Source of the DNA: an uncultured Acidobacteriota bacterium | GTDB taxonomy: Bacteria > Acidobacteriota > Vicinamibacteria > Vicinamibacterales > JAKQTR01 | Assembly: GCA_963809475.1 (NCBI GenBank) | Contig: CAWEJS010000001.1 | Coordinates: 410,125-474,124, forward strand | DNA length: 64,000 bases | Direction: 5' to 3' | Part shown: in pieces, positions 19,183 through 28,214 of the stretch | Numbering within the stretch: the first letter of the stretch is position 1 | Layout: every line of letters begins with the position of its first letter | Notes under the pieces: generated by a model | Told to the model about the DNA's origin: nothing | The model's input: the letters and a program-made list of their open reading frames with translations, nothing else | The model's database searches: none | Position numbers and translations under genes: made by a program

Positions 19183-20406
19183 TCAGAAGAGCGTGACGGC
19201 GACCGGTTCGCCCTTCTCGACCACGTCGACCTGCGACGGGATCTCGATGTAGCCGTCCGCCTGCGACATGCTGGTGATGTCCCCGGAGGCCTTGAACGCC
19301 GGCATCGCCAGGCCGCCAACAAGACGCACCGTATAGAACTGATGCCGCCCCGTCGTCGAGACCACGCGCTGGCCGAGCGGCACGCGTGCAACGCGCGGCG
19401 CCCACTCCGGCAGACGGGCCATGCGGCGGATTGGCCCGACGAGCAGCATGTAGGCGTTCGAGAGGCACGAGGTGGGATAGCCGGGCATGCCGAACACCGG
19501 CTTGCCGCCGACCGTGCCGAAGAGCGTCGGTTTGCCCGGCTTGACGGCGATGCCGTGGAACAGCACCTCGCCCATTCGTTCCACCACGTCAAGGATCAAG
19601 TCGCGCTCGCCGACCGAACTGCCGCCGGAGAAGAGGACGACGTCCTCGGCGAGGCAGGCGTTGATTGCGCGCTCGAGGTCGGGCACGTGGTCCGGCGCCG
19701 TCGGGTACGGGACCGGCACGGCGCCATGTTCGCGCAGGATCGCGCTCAAGGTGAACTTGTTGATGTCGTAGATGTGACCGGGCTTCAGCGCCTGACCCGG
19801 GTCCGCCACCTCGTTGCCCGTCGAGAGGATCGCCACGCGGGGCTGCGCGTACACCTCGACCTCGAGCACGCCCAGGGCGGCGATCGCGCCGATGCGGCTC
19901 GGGTTGAGCAGGTCTCCGGGTGCAAGCACCGTCTGGCCCGCGCGGATGTCCGCGCCCTGCTTCGTCACGTTCTGGCCGGGATAGACGGGGCTGAACACGC
20001 GCACGGCTCCGCCCGGGTCCTTCTCCGTCTCTTCGACCATGACGACGCTGTCGGCGCCTTCCGGGACTGGAGCGCCCGTCGCGATTTCGGTGCACTGCGC
20101 CGGCCCCACGCGTCGCGCCGGCACCTGCCCGGTGAAGACCGTTTCCACCCAGGCCAGCGTCCGCGGGTCGTGCGTCGACGCGCCGACGGTGTCGGCGGCG
20201 CGGACGGCATAGCCGTCCATGGCGGCGCGCGTGAACGGAGGCACGTCCGCCAGGGCCTCGACGGCGCGCGCGACAACGCGCCCGCTCGCGAGATCGACGC
20301 GGATGCGCTCCGTCCTGCCGACGGGGGCGATCGCGCGATCGATGATCTCGCGCGCCGCCTCCAGCGTGATCGTCTCGCGGATTGGCCGCATGCGGCTGCC
20401 GCTCAC
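19183..20406 (-). CDS. moeA: molybdopterin molybdenumtransferase MoeA
   Basis: FTRAAMDGYAV, GAPVPEGADSVV and STGNE...SGGSSVGERD are MoeA domain motifs. Confidence 0.9.
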   Translation of the reverse strand: MSGSRMRPIRETITLEAAREIIDRAIAPVGRTERIRVDLASGRVVARAVEALADVPPFTRAAMDGYAVRAADTVGASTHDPRTLAWVETVFTGQVPARRVGPAQCTEIATGAPVPEGADSVVMVEETEKDPGGAVRVFSPVYPGQNVTKQGADIRAGQTVLAPGDLLNPSRIGAIAALGVLEVEVYAQPRVAILSTGNEVADPGQALKPGHIYDINKFTLSAILREHGAVPVPYPTAPDHVPDLERAINACLAEDVVLFSGGSSVGERDLILDVVERMGEVLFHGIAVKPGKPTLFGTVGGKPVFGMPGYPTSCLSNAYMLLVGPIRRMARLPEWAPRVARVPLGQRVVSTTGRHQFYTVRLVGGLAMPAFKASGDITSMSQADGYIEIPSQVDVVEKGEPVAVTLF

Positions 20407-20906
20407 CGCCCCGCCTCCCTCACCAGGTGCCCGAGTTCGGGCAGAATCAGCTTCGTCATGGCCAGCCGGACGGCGGCTTCCGAGCCGGGGAGCGACAGCA
20501 CCACCTTGCCCTGCGCGAGACCGCCCACCGCGCGGCTCAGCATCGCGGCCGAGCCGATCTCCTGGTAGCTCAGCATCCGGAAGAGCTCGCCGAAGCCGTC
20601 GAGCCTCTTGTCGAGAAGCGCCGAGACGGCCTCGTAGGTCGTGTCGCGCGACGTGATGCCGGTGCCGCCCGAGGTGATGATGACCTGCACGTCGGCGTTC
20701 GCGAGCTGCAATTCGATCGCCTCGCGCACCTCGCCAGGCTCGTCGCGGACGATCTTCCGCCCCGTCACCTGGTGGCCCTCCGCCCAGAGCAGGTCGCAGA
20801 TGGCGCGCCCGCTCGAGTCGGTGGCCAGCGTGCGCGTGTCGCTGATGGTCAGGATGTAGCAGTGAGCGACGGCGGGGGAGAGCTGCTTGTGCTCGGTGTG
20901 GCTCAT
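20403..20906 (-). CDS. moaB: molybdenum cofactor biosynthesis protein MoaB (MogA/MoaB family)
   Basis: The start is set at ATG 20906 (MSHTEHK). Motifs: TSGGTGITSRD, GFGELFRMLSYQEIG and PGSEAAV. 4-nt overlap with moeA. Confidence 0.85.
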   Translation of the reverse strand: MSHTEHKQLSPAVAHCYILTISDTRTLATDSSGRAICDLLWAEGHQVTGRKIVRDEPGEVREAIELQLANADVQVIITSGGTGITSRDTTYEAVSALLDKRLDGFGELFRMLSYQEIGSAAMLSRAVGGLAQGKVVLSLPGSEAAVRLAMTKLILPELGHLVREAGR

Positions 20907-21073
20907 GGGGGGATTATGGATCGGGGGCCGGGGACCAGGCGCGGGGCCTCTGTCGGGTTGGACGCCGGGCCCCACGCGCCGGGCGGAGGTGACGCCCGGC
21001 TGTCGGGATGTTATCCTTTGCATGGTAAAGTCATTTACGTCGAGCGACGGCCTGCTCGAGGAGCGTGTGACGC

Positions 21074-22642
21074 GTGAGAATCCCGATCCTCTCCCGGGTA
21101 TTCGGGTCTGTGCCGGACGATCCCTTCTACCAGCCGCGCCGCCCGTTGTGGATGCCGCCGGACATGATCGAACCGCCCGTATGGCCCCGGTCGGGCGGCC
21201 CGGCCCGCCGCGAACCTCGGAGTGCGCTGCTCCTGAATCCCTTCTATCCGAAGGACCCGCACGGCAGTTTCGGCAAACACGTGCTGACGCCGTCCCTGGC
21301 GCTGACGAGCATCGCCGCGGCCACCCCCCCGCAGTGGCGCGTCAAGTACTGGGACGAGAATCTGCTTCAGGGCGTGCCCCGCCTCGACGTCCTCCCGGAA
21401 GTGGTCGGCATCACCGTTCACCTGACGTTCGCCGAGCGCGCCTACGAACTGGCCCGGTACTTCCGCGACCGCGGCTGCACCGTGGTGCTCGGTGGCCTGC
21501 ACGTCCAGTCGTGCCCGGACGAGGTGGTGCCGCACGCCGACGCGATCGCGCTCGGCGACGGCGTCCGGGTCTGGCCGGAGATCCTCGGGGACATCGAGCG
21601 CGGCACGCTCCGGCCACGCTACGAGGCACCCTATGACCGTGATTTCGATCTCGACCCTCCGCCGCGCCGCGCTCTCGTCCCCCGCTCGAGCTTCCTGACG
21701 ACGGCCAGCGTCATCGCCACGCGCGGGTGCCGGAATCGTTGCGGGTTCTGCTACCTCTCGAGCGCCGGTCTCCGGATCCCCTATGGCGCGCGGAGTGTGG
21801 GCGCGGTCCGCCGGGAGATCGACGGCAGTGGCGAGCGCTTTGCGGTCTTCATCGACAACAACCTGGGCGCCAGGCGGGAGTACCTGTCCGAGTTGTGCCG
21901 CGCACTGACCGGGTCGCGCACCGTCTGGAGCGCGGCCGTGACGCTGGACGTGACGGACGATCCGCGCCTGGTTCGCCGGATGGCGCTCGCGGGCTGTACC
22001 GCCGTCTTCATCGGGTTCGAGTCGCTCTCGGACGACAACCTCGCCGCCCAGCGCAAGCGCGGCCCGCGCGCCGAGGAATACGCCAGGCGCGTGCGGATGC
22101 TGCACGAGTGCGGCATCGCGGTGAACGGCAGCTTTGTCCTCGGCTTCGACGAGGACCGTGCGGACGTGTTCCAGCAGATCGCGGATTGGGTCGACGCAAA
22201 CCGGCTCGAGTGCGCCACGTTCCACGTGCTGACGCCGTACCCGGGCACGCCCTTGTTCCGCCAGTTCGAAGCGGAGGGACGGCTGCTCCATCGCGACTGG
22301 TCGAAGTACGACACGGCACATGTCGTGTTCCGCCCCAGGCACATGACGGCCGAGCAGTTGGCGCTTGGGTACGACTGGCTCTACCGGCGGCTGTTCTCCG
22401 CTGAATCGGTGTGGCGCCGGCGCCCGCAGGAGGCGCCGGCGGTACTGCCCTATCTGGCCATGTCCTTCCTCTACAAGCGCTCGAACCGCGTCTGGCGCTT
22501 CCTGATCAAACGGAGGCTCGTGCACGCCGTCTGGGGTCCGTTCGTGCAATGGGCGCGGCTCCGACGCTTCCTGCTGAGCCGGACGCTCGCTGCGCGCACG
22601 CGCGCCTTCGACCTCGAGGTCGGGAATCGCAGCTGCGATTGA
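21074..22642 (+). CDS. B12-binding domain-containing radical SAM protein
   Basis: N-terminal cobalamin-binding-like Rossmann region (VVGITVHLTF...VVLGGLH), then the radical SAM motif CRNRCGFC. Confidence 0.85.
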   Translation: MRIPILSRVFGSVPDDPFYQPRRPLWMPPDMIEPPVWPRSGGPARREPRSALLLNPFYPKDPHGSFGKHVLTPSLALTSIAAATPPQWRVKYWDENLLQGVPRLDVLPEVVGITVHLTFAERAYELARYFRDRGCTVVLGGLHVQSCPDEVVPHADAIALGDGVRVWPEILGDIERGTLRPRYEAPYDRDFDLDPPPRRALVPRSSFLTTASVIATRGCRNRCGFCYLSSAGLRIPYGARSVGAVRREIDGSGERFAVFIDNNLGARREYLSELCRALTGSRTVWSAAVTLDVTDDPRLVRRMALAGCTAVFIGFESLSDDNLAAQRKRGPRAEEYARRVRMLHECGIAVNGSFVLGFDEDRADVFQQIADWVDANRLECATFHVLTPYPGTPLFRQFEAEGRLLHRDWSKYDTAHVVFRPRHMTAEQLALGYDWLYRRLFSAESVWRRRPQEAPAVLPYLAMSFLYKRSNRVWRFLIKRRLVHAVWGPFVQWARLRRFLLSRTLAARTRAFDLEVGNRSCD

Positions 22643-22679
22643 TGGTACGATCTGGGTCCGTGCAGGACAGGGGGGACTC

Positions 22680-24548
22680 ATGCAGCGGTTGGCGGCGGTG
22701 ACAGGCATCATGCTCATGGCCGGCGTGCTGGCAACTGCCGCGGGTCAGGCCTCCCAGGACACGGGCAATCCCTCCAGACAGGCGAGGCTCGAGCAGCGGG
22801 CGGCCGAGAAGCGGCAGAAGGACGCCGCGCGCTGGGTCGAGCGGACGATGAAGGCGATGACGCTGGACGAGAAGATCGGCCAGTTGATCTTTTCGTCCAT
22901 CAACGCGGCCTACACGAGCACCGACAGCGACGAGTACGAGCGGCTGCGGCACCTGGTCCGCGACATCAAGGTGGGCGGGTTCCACGTGTTCGGCACCGCC
23001 GAGGCGCTGCCGCAGGTGATGCTCAACCCCGTCTGGGGCGGCGGCAGCGCGTCGCGCAAGGGCGATCCCTACGCGGCGGCCGTGCTGCTCAACCGGCTTC
23101 AGTCCGAGTCGGCGATCCCCCTGCTCACGTCCGGTGATTTCGAGGGAGGCGCGGCCTACATCCTGAACGGCGCCACGCGCCTGCCCCGCGCGATGGCAAT
23201 CGCGGCAACGGGCGACGAGCAACTCGCCTTCAAAGCCGGCGTCGTCGGCGGCACGGAGGCGCGGGCCGTCGGCGTCAACATCGACTTCTACCCCGTCGTC
23301 GACGTCAACAACAACCCGCGAAACCCGATCATCAACCTGCGCTCGTTCGGCGAGGACCCGGCCCTGGTCTCGAAGATGGCCGTCGCCTACATCAAGGGCA
23401 TCCAGTCGACCGGCGCCTTGGCTACAGCGAAGCACTTCCCCGGCCACGGCGACACGTCGGTCGATACGCACCTCGGTCTCGCCGTTATCAACCACCCGCG
23501 CGAGCGCCTCGACAAGGTGGAGCTCGTGCCGTTCAAGGCCGCCATCGCCGCCGGCGTCGGCACGGTGATGTCCACGCACATCATCCTGCCGGCCCTCGAC
23601 CCGACGCCCGGCATCCCGGCGACGCTCAGCCGGCCGATCCTCACGGGCCTGCTCCGGAACGAGCTGAAGTTCGGCGGCCTCATCTTCACCGACTCGATGA
23701 CGATGGACGCCATTTCGAAGATGTTCCCGCCCGACAAGGCCGCCGCGATGGCGGTGAAGGCGGGCGTGGACTTCGTCCTGCACTCGCCGGATGACGATGC
23801 CGCGTTCAGGGGCATCAAGGCGGCGGTGGAGGCGGGCGAGATCAGCGAGGCGCAGATCAACGCGTCCGTGGAGCGGATCCTCCGCGCGAAGGCGAGGCTG
23901 GGCTTGAACGTGAGCCGCACGACCGACGTGGCGTCAATTGCCACGACGTTCGGCACCCGCGCCAATGCGGCGGTCGCGCAGGAGATCAACGATCGCGGGC
24001 TGACGCTCATCAAGGACGAACGCAGCCAGGTGCCGATCGCCGCCGGGCGCGATGCGAACGTTCTCTATCTGTCGGTGCTCGACTACGCATCGGGTTGGCG
24101 CGAAGCGGTGCCGAGCCGCACCATGGTCCCCGAGTTGAAGAAGCGGTGGCCGAACCTCACGTCAATCGAGGTGACGGATCGCACGACGCCGTCGGAGTAC
24201 GAGCTCATCCGCGCGTTGACGAAGCGCGCGGACGTCGTGATCGCAGGCGTGTTCGTCCGCATCGCGTCGTACAGCGGGCGGATGGACCTGAGCCCGGCCC
24301 AGATCGCGCTGCTCGACTCGATCGCCGAACAGCAAAAGCCGTTCGTGACGGTGTGTTTCGGGAACCCCTACACCGCCACGTTCCTGCCGAAGCTCCCCGT
24401 GGTCCTGCTCGGGTACGAGTTCTCGGACTTCACCGAACGGGCGGCGGTGAAGGGGCTGGCGGGGGAGATCCCGGTCGGCGGCAGGCTGCCGATCTCGCTG
24501 CCGGGTATGTTCCCGATCGGGCACGGGCTGACCCGGGCTGCGAGGTAG
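22680..24548 (+). CDS. glycoside hydrolase family 3 (NagZ-like beta-N-acetylhexosaminidase) with extra C-terminal domain, secreted
   Basis: Signal peptide, then KHFPGHGDTSVDTHL and FTDSMTM GH3 motifs. Confidence 0.85.
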   Translation: MQRLAAVTGIMLMAGVLATAAGQASQDTGNPSRQARLEQRAAEKRQKDAARWVERTMKAMTLDEKIGQLIFSSINAAYTSTDSDEYERLRHLVRDIKVGGFHVFGTAEALPQVMLNPVWGGGSASRKGDPYAAAVLLNRLQSESAIPLLTSGDFEGGAAYILNGATRLPRAMAIAATGDEQLAFKAGVVGGTEARAVGVNIDFYPVVDVNNNPRNPIINLRSFGEDPALVSKMAVAYIKGIQSTGALATAKHFPGHGDTSVDTHLGLAVINHPRERLDKVELVPFKAAIAAGVGTVMSTHIILPALDPTPGIPATLSRPILTGLLRNELKFGGLIFTDSMTMDAISKMFPPDKAAAMAVKAGVDFVLHSPDDDAAFRGIKAAVEAGEISEAQINASVERILRAKARLGLNVSRTTDVASIATTFGTRANAAVAQEINDRGLTLIKDERSQVPIAAGRDANVLYLSVLDYASGWREAVPSRTMVPELKKRWPNLTSIEVTDRTTPSEYELIRALTKRADVVIAGVFVRIASYSGRMDLSPAQIALLDSIAEQQKPFVTVCFGNPYTATFLPKLPVVLLGYEFSDFTERAAVKGLAGEIPVGGRLPISLPGMFPIGHGLTRAAR

Positions 24549-24612
24549 CCCGCGCGCATGGTATGATCCATGTTTCCGGCGGCCGCTTCGGCGGTCCCGG
24601 GGCACGCCGCGT

Positions 24613-24689
<77 letters not shown>

Positions 24690-24943
24690 CAAATCCCCGC
24701 GGAAGCTGGCCCGGTTTCTCGAGATCGCGAGGTCTCTCTTCGGAACCACTCGGTACTACGACGCACAGCAAGACCTCCAGTAGCCTCGCCAATTGCGGAG
24801 CGTCTCGGGAGCAGCTGACAACACCGCAGTACCTCCATTCTCCGATTCAATTCCGGACGGCGCCTCCAGTCTTCCCACGCGGGGCTCCTTCGTGGCGGGC
24901 ACCGGGACGCCGACACGCCCAACCGGGAAAGACGACAACCAGC

Positions 24944-25957
24944 TCACTTGGTGAAGATGCTATCGAGAAAGCGCAGGACGGTTTCTTGGTACAGCTCTGG
25001 GGCGGTGTCGTAGGTGGTGTCGTGGAAAGCGTCGGGGATGGTGACCAGACTTCTTCGATTGCCCCGCAGGGCCGCGAGGATTCTGCGGGCGTCTTCCGTC
25101 GGGACGATCCAGTCCCGCTCGCCCGAGATGAGCAGTACGGGGCACGCGATCCGCGACGCGGCCGGGAGAACGGACACAAAACCCGGTCCAACGTACACGC
25201 CGGTTCGCACGTAGTAGACGAGCACAATCGCACGCACCACTCCGGGGAAAGACGCGGTGGCAAACAAGCCTCGCACTAGTCGATTCGTGCCGGGGTCGTG
25301 CAGATAGTGGCGGCTGACGTTGCGGAACACGTCCGCGCCTGTGGGGAAAGCGCCGTCACTGACGACGGCTCGAATCTCCGGAGACTCGGCGGCGGCAAGC
25401 AGGCACGCGACCGCGCCGTAGGAGACCCCCAAGAGGGCCAGGGGGCCGCGCTCTCCACGAGAGCGGACGTACTGGACCGCGCCGAGGAGATCGCGCCTTT
25501 CCACGAGTCCGGGCGAGACGAACTGTCCGCCGCTCTCACCGTGTCCGCGGAGGTCGACGGCCAGCACGTTGTACCCGCCACGAACGAGAAAGGCGGCGCG
25601 GGGCAGCATGACCTGGCGCGTGTGATCGATGCCATGGGCGATGACCACGGTAGCCCGCGGCGTCCCTTGCGCGGGCAACCACCAAGCCTTCAGGGGAATC
25701 CCGTCCAGCGATCGGAACGAGACAACCTCCCCTTGCAGGCCGAATTCCCGAGGGCCACGGTTCATCCCGCGCCAGCGAGGCTGTTCACCGATCATCAGGC
25801 CGCTGCCCCAATACCCGACGCCTCCGTAGAACAACGCCAGCAAGCCAACCGGAATTGCCAGCCAGCGCCATCGTCGAACAGGTTGCTGGCGAGGAATGAG
25901 CGGACTGGCGCTCCGCGGCGAGCTCGTACGCGGTTGTTCGGGTTGGATGGGATTCAT
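24944..25957 (-). CDS. alpha/beta hydrolase, membrane-anchored
   Basis: N-terminal TM segment, HG oxyanion region (VVIAHGIDH), nucleophile elbow (GVSYG) and a C-terminal D...H. Confidence 0.8.
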   Translation of the reverse strand: MNPIQPEQPRTSSPRSASPLIPRQQPVRRWRWLAIPVGLLALFYGGVGYWGSGLMIGEQPRWRGMNRGPREFGLQGEVVSFRSLDGIPLKAWWLPAQGTPRATVVIAHGIDHTRQVMLPRAAFLVRGGYNVLAVDLRGHGESGGQFVSPGLVERRDLLGAVQYVRSRGERGPLALLGVSYGAVACLLAAAESPEIRAVVSDGAFPTGADVFRNVSRHYLHDPGTNRLVRGLFATASFPGVVRAIVLVYYVRTGVYVGPGFVSVLPAASRIACPVLLISGERDWIVPTEDARRILAALRGNRRSLVTIPDAFHDTTYDTAPELYQETVLRFLDSIFTK

Positions 25958-26070
25958 ACCGTCGACTTGCCCTCCGCAATACGGGTACGGACACCGGCCG
26001 ATAGTGTGTCATGAACGCAAGAGCCCCGCACGCGCCGCCCGCAGGAGGACCGACCGCTGCAAGATAGGGG

Positions 26071-26529
26071 TTAGTACCACCTGGGTGGAGGGCGACGAAA
26101 CAGCATGCAGGTGCCGACGTCCGCGCGCGCGTGTCCAGGCTCAATCTGACGCGGGAACTGGAGCACGAGTTCACACGGCTCCATCCAGCGCCGATAGGTC
26201 TCGACGCTCCTGCCAATCGTGACGCCGCCATTCTCGACGTCTATGTCGCCGTTCCGGAACGAGGCGTCCGTTTCTTCGGTGAGCAGCACGAACCCCTTCG
26301 CAACCAGCCGTTTGATGTCGGCCAGAACCGCTTGCGCCTCCGCGTCATGCAGATGCTGCAGCACCGTGAAGGTCATCATGAAGTCAAACGATGCCGGTGG
26401 TTTCGGCAAGTCGGCCAATGACGCCACCTTGACGAATTCGATGGCGGGCAGGAACCGGCTGGCCTCCGCCAAATCGAGTAGTCGGGCGCCGCGGGTGCCG
26501 ATCCTAGGCGCTGAACCCCGCGACAACAA
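26071..26529 (-). CDS. class I SAM-dependent methyltransferase, apparently 5'-truncated or frameshifted
   Basis: Post-motif-I MTase core (FDFMMTFTVLQHL...LKRLVAKGFVLL). Motif I is absent from this frame, and a GC-G-like motif (PFGCCRG) appears upstream in another frame (26376..26570). Confidence 0.4.
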   Translation of the reverse strand: MLSRGSAPRIGTRGARLLDLAEASRFLPAIEFVKVASLADLPKPPASFDFMMTFTVLQHLHDAEAQAVLADIKRLVAKGFVLLTEETDASFRNGDIDVENGGVTIGRSVETYRRWMEPCELVLQFPRQIEPGHARADVGTCMLFRRPPPRWY

Positions 26530-26928
26530 CCGAATGGGGCAGGCGAGATGCTACGATCGGGCAGGCACATCCCCTCAGCTTCGCGTGCCGGGTTTTCCTC
26601 TAGCGGACTTGTAGGGAATTCGGCGCTCCGGGGAGGTGCGTGTGCCGCAGGTGGGGAACGCCGCTCGAGCTGGTGCCGGTCAAGAAAGACTCCCCAGGGC
26701 GCGACCGGCAGACAAAAGCCATCCTTCCCGGCGTCTTTCCGGCCAGCATCTGTGCACTTTCGGGCAGTTTCCGAAGGCCCTCATGGGAGTGGATCTTGCA
26801 AACGTCACGTTGACTTGTGTTAGACGGTCCGGTTGGGGTTTCTCACCCGTAGTCGGGCGGCGCCGTCGCGGGCAAGCGGCGGGGTCGATCTTGGGGAGAG
26901 GCGGCCGGGTTTCTGGAAGGGGGGCGAG

Positions 26929-27594
26929 ATGCTGAGTCGGCTCAAGATGGTTCTCGTAGTGGCCGCCGTGCTGTGCCTGGTGGCGAGCGCGCCGGCTCAG
27001 GCCACGGACTTCACGTTCAGTGGCAACTTCACCTATGACAACGACGTCGTCCTGCTGGCGTTCTCGGTGGCGGCACCGAGCACCGTCACGGTCTTCTCGT
27101 CGTCGTGGCTGTACGGCGATCCTCCGGCTGGTTCCGGTCCCGGTGGCTTTGACATGATGCTGGGTATCTGGAACGGGGCAGGCAACCTAATCAATTTTCA
27201 GGACGATGGCGGAAATACTGGAAGCACGCTGTCCGGTGGCACGCTGTACAATCATGGCACCTGGGACAGCTACTACACCGTCGTCCTAGCGGCGGGTAGC
27301 TACACCGCCTCGGTCACCCAGTACAACAACTTTAACAGCGGGTCCAATCTCTCCGCCGGCTTCAACTACGACGGAAACCCCAACTTCACGTTCGACAATG
27401 GTTGGGGGCCCCAAGCGCTATTCAACGGCGTCTGGGATATTCCCAACGATCCCCGCACCAGCTACTGGCAGTTCCACCTGAATAATGTCGACACCGCGTC
27501 GCAGGTGCCTGCCGTGCCGGAACCTGCCTCGCTACTGCTGGTCGGCACGGGCCTCGTCGGCCTGGGCCGCGCGTGGAGGAAGCGGCGGCAGTAG
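26929..27594 (+). CDS. PEP-CTERM sorting-domain protein
   Basis: Signal peptide (MLSRLKMVLVVAAVLCLVASAPAQA) and a C-terminal VPEPASLLLVGTGLVGLGRAWRKRRQ (PEP motif, TM segment, basic tail). Confidence 0.8.
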   Translation: MLSRLKMVLVVAAVLCLVASAPAQATDFTFSGNFTYDNDVVLLAFSVAAPSTVTVFSSSWLYGDPPAGSGPGGFDMMLGIWNGAGNLINFQDDGGNTGSTLSGGTLYNHGTWDSYYTVVLAAGSYTASVTQYNNFNSGSNLSAGFNYDGNPNFTFDNGWGPQALFNGVWDIPNDPRTSYWQFHLNNVDTASQVPAVPEPASLLLVGTGLVGLGRAWRKRRQ

Positions 27595-28214
27595 GCGGCC
27601 TAAGCAAGCGCATTGATGGACGAGGGCCACCGCAGCGGTGGCCCTCGCCGTGTACGGCGGAACAGTTCAGGCCCGTCGCTGCGGCCAGGTAAACCACCTC
27701 GTTATCTGGCAGGCCACCCCTTACAGTACCCTCCGGTGTCTTGACTCCGATCGGGGCCGGCGGTAGCGTCCGCCCTCAGCGGGCCGTGCGCCAGAGAGGA
27801 CCTGGCATGAGCAACGACCCCTCGGGCCGGCAGAGCAGGTACCACTACGCGAAGAACGCGGACCTGGCGGAGACGTGGCTCCTGCCGGGTGTGAAGGGTA
27901 AGACGAAGCTCGGGCTCGTGGATGCGCTACGGCCGCTCTGCGACAAGGGGCCGCAACCGGATCCTCGGCACCAGCCGGATGAGTGAGATCAAGCTGGAGC
28001 GCGCGGGCTGGACGCCGGACCTCTTCGTGTGACCGTCCGGCCGGACGGTTGGCATCGCGACACCGGCGGCGCTCTGGCTGCAAGCTGTCGATCATGGACG
28101 CGATCCGTCGCAAGAGCCTGCTCTACAAGAGCGGCTTGGGCTTCTGGTGGTTGAATCACGTCCAGGGACGCGCGCTTTGAACGTGCTACTCTTTTCGGCG
28201 CCAGAGGTGACCGG

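Noticed and set aside
20907-21073. A possible Moco riboswitch in the leader of moaB-moeA. The GC-rich region has hairpins GCCGGGCG/CGCCCGGC and repeated CCCGACAG and CCGGCGTC words.
   Set aside because: I could not align it convincingly to the Moco RNA motif from memory. It also doubles as the divergent promoter region for the radical SAM gene. A covariance-model scan is needed before any call.
27741-28180. Small ORFs (81 aa and 65 aa) and a perfect palindrome (ACCGTCCGGCCGGACGGT, about 28032..28049) between the PEP-CTERM and VWFA genes.
   Set aside because: No RBS or family signature is strong enough. They look like eroded gene fragments, so they are reported only as part of the accessory-stretch finding.
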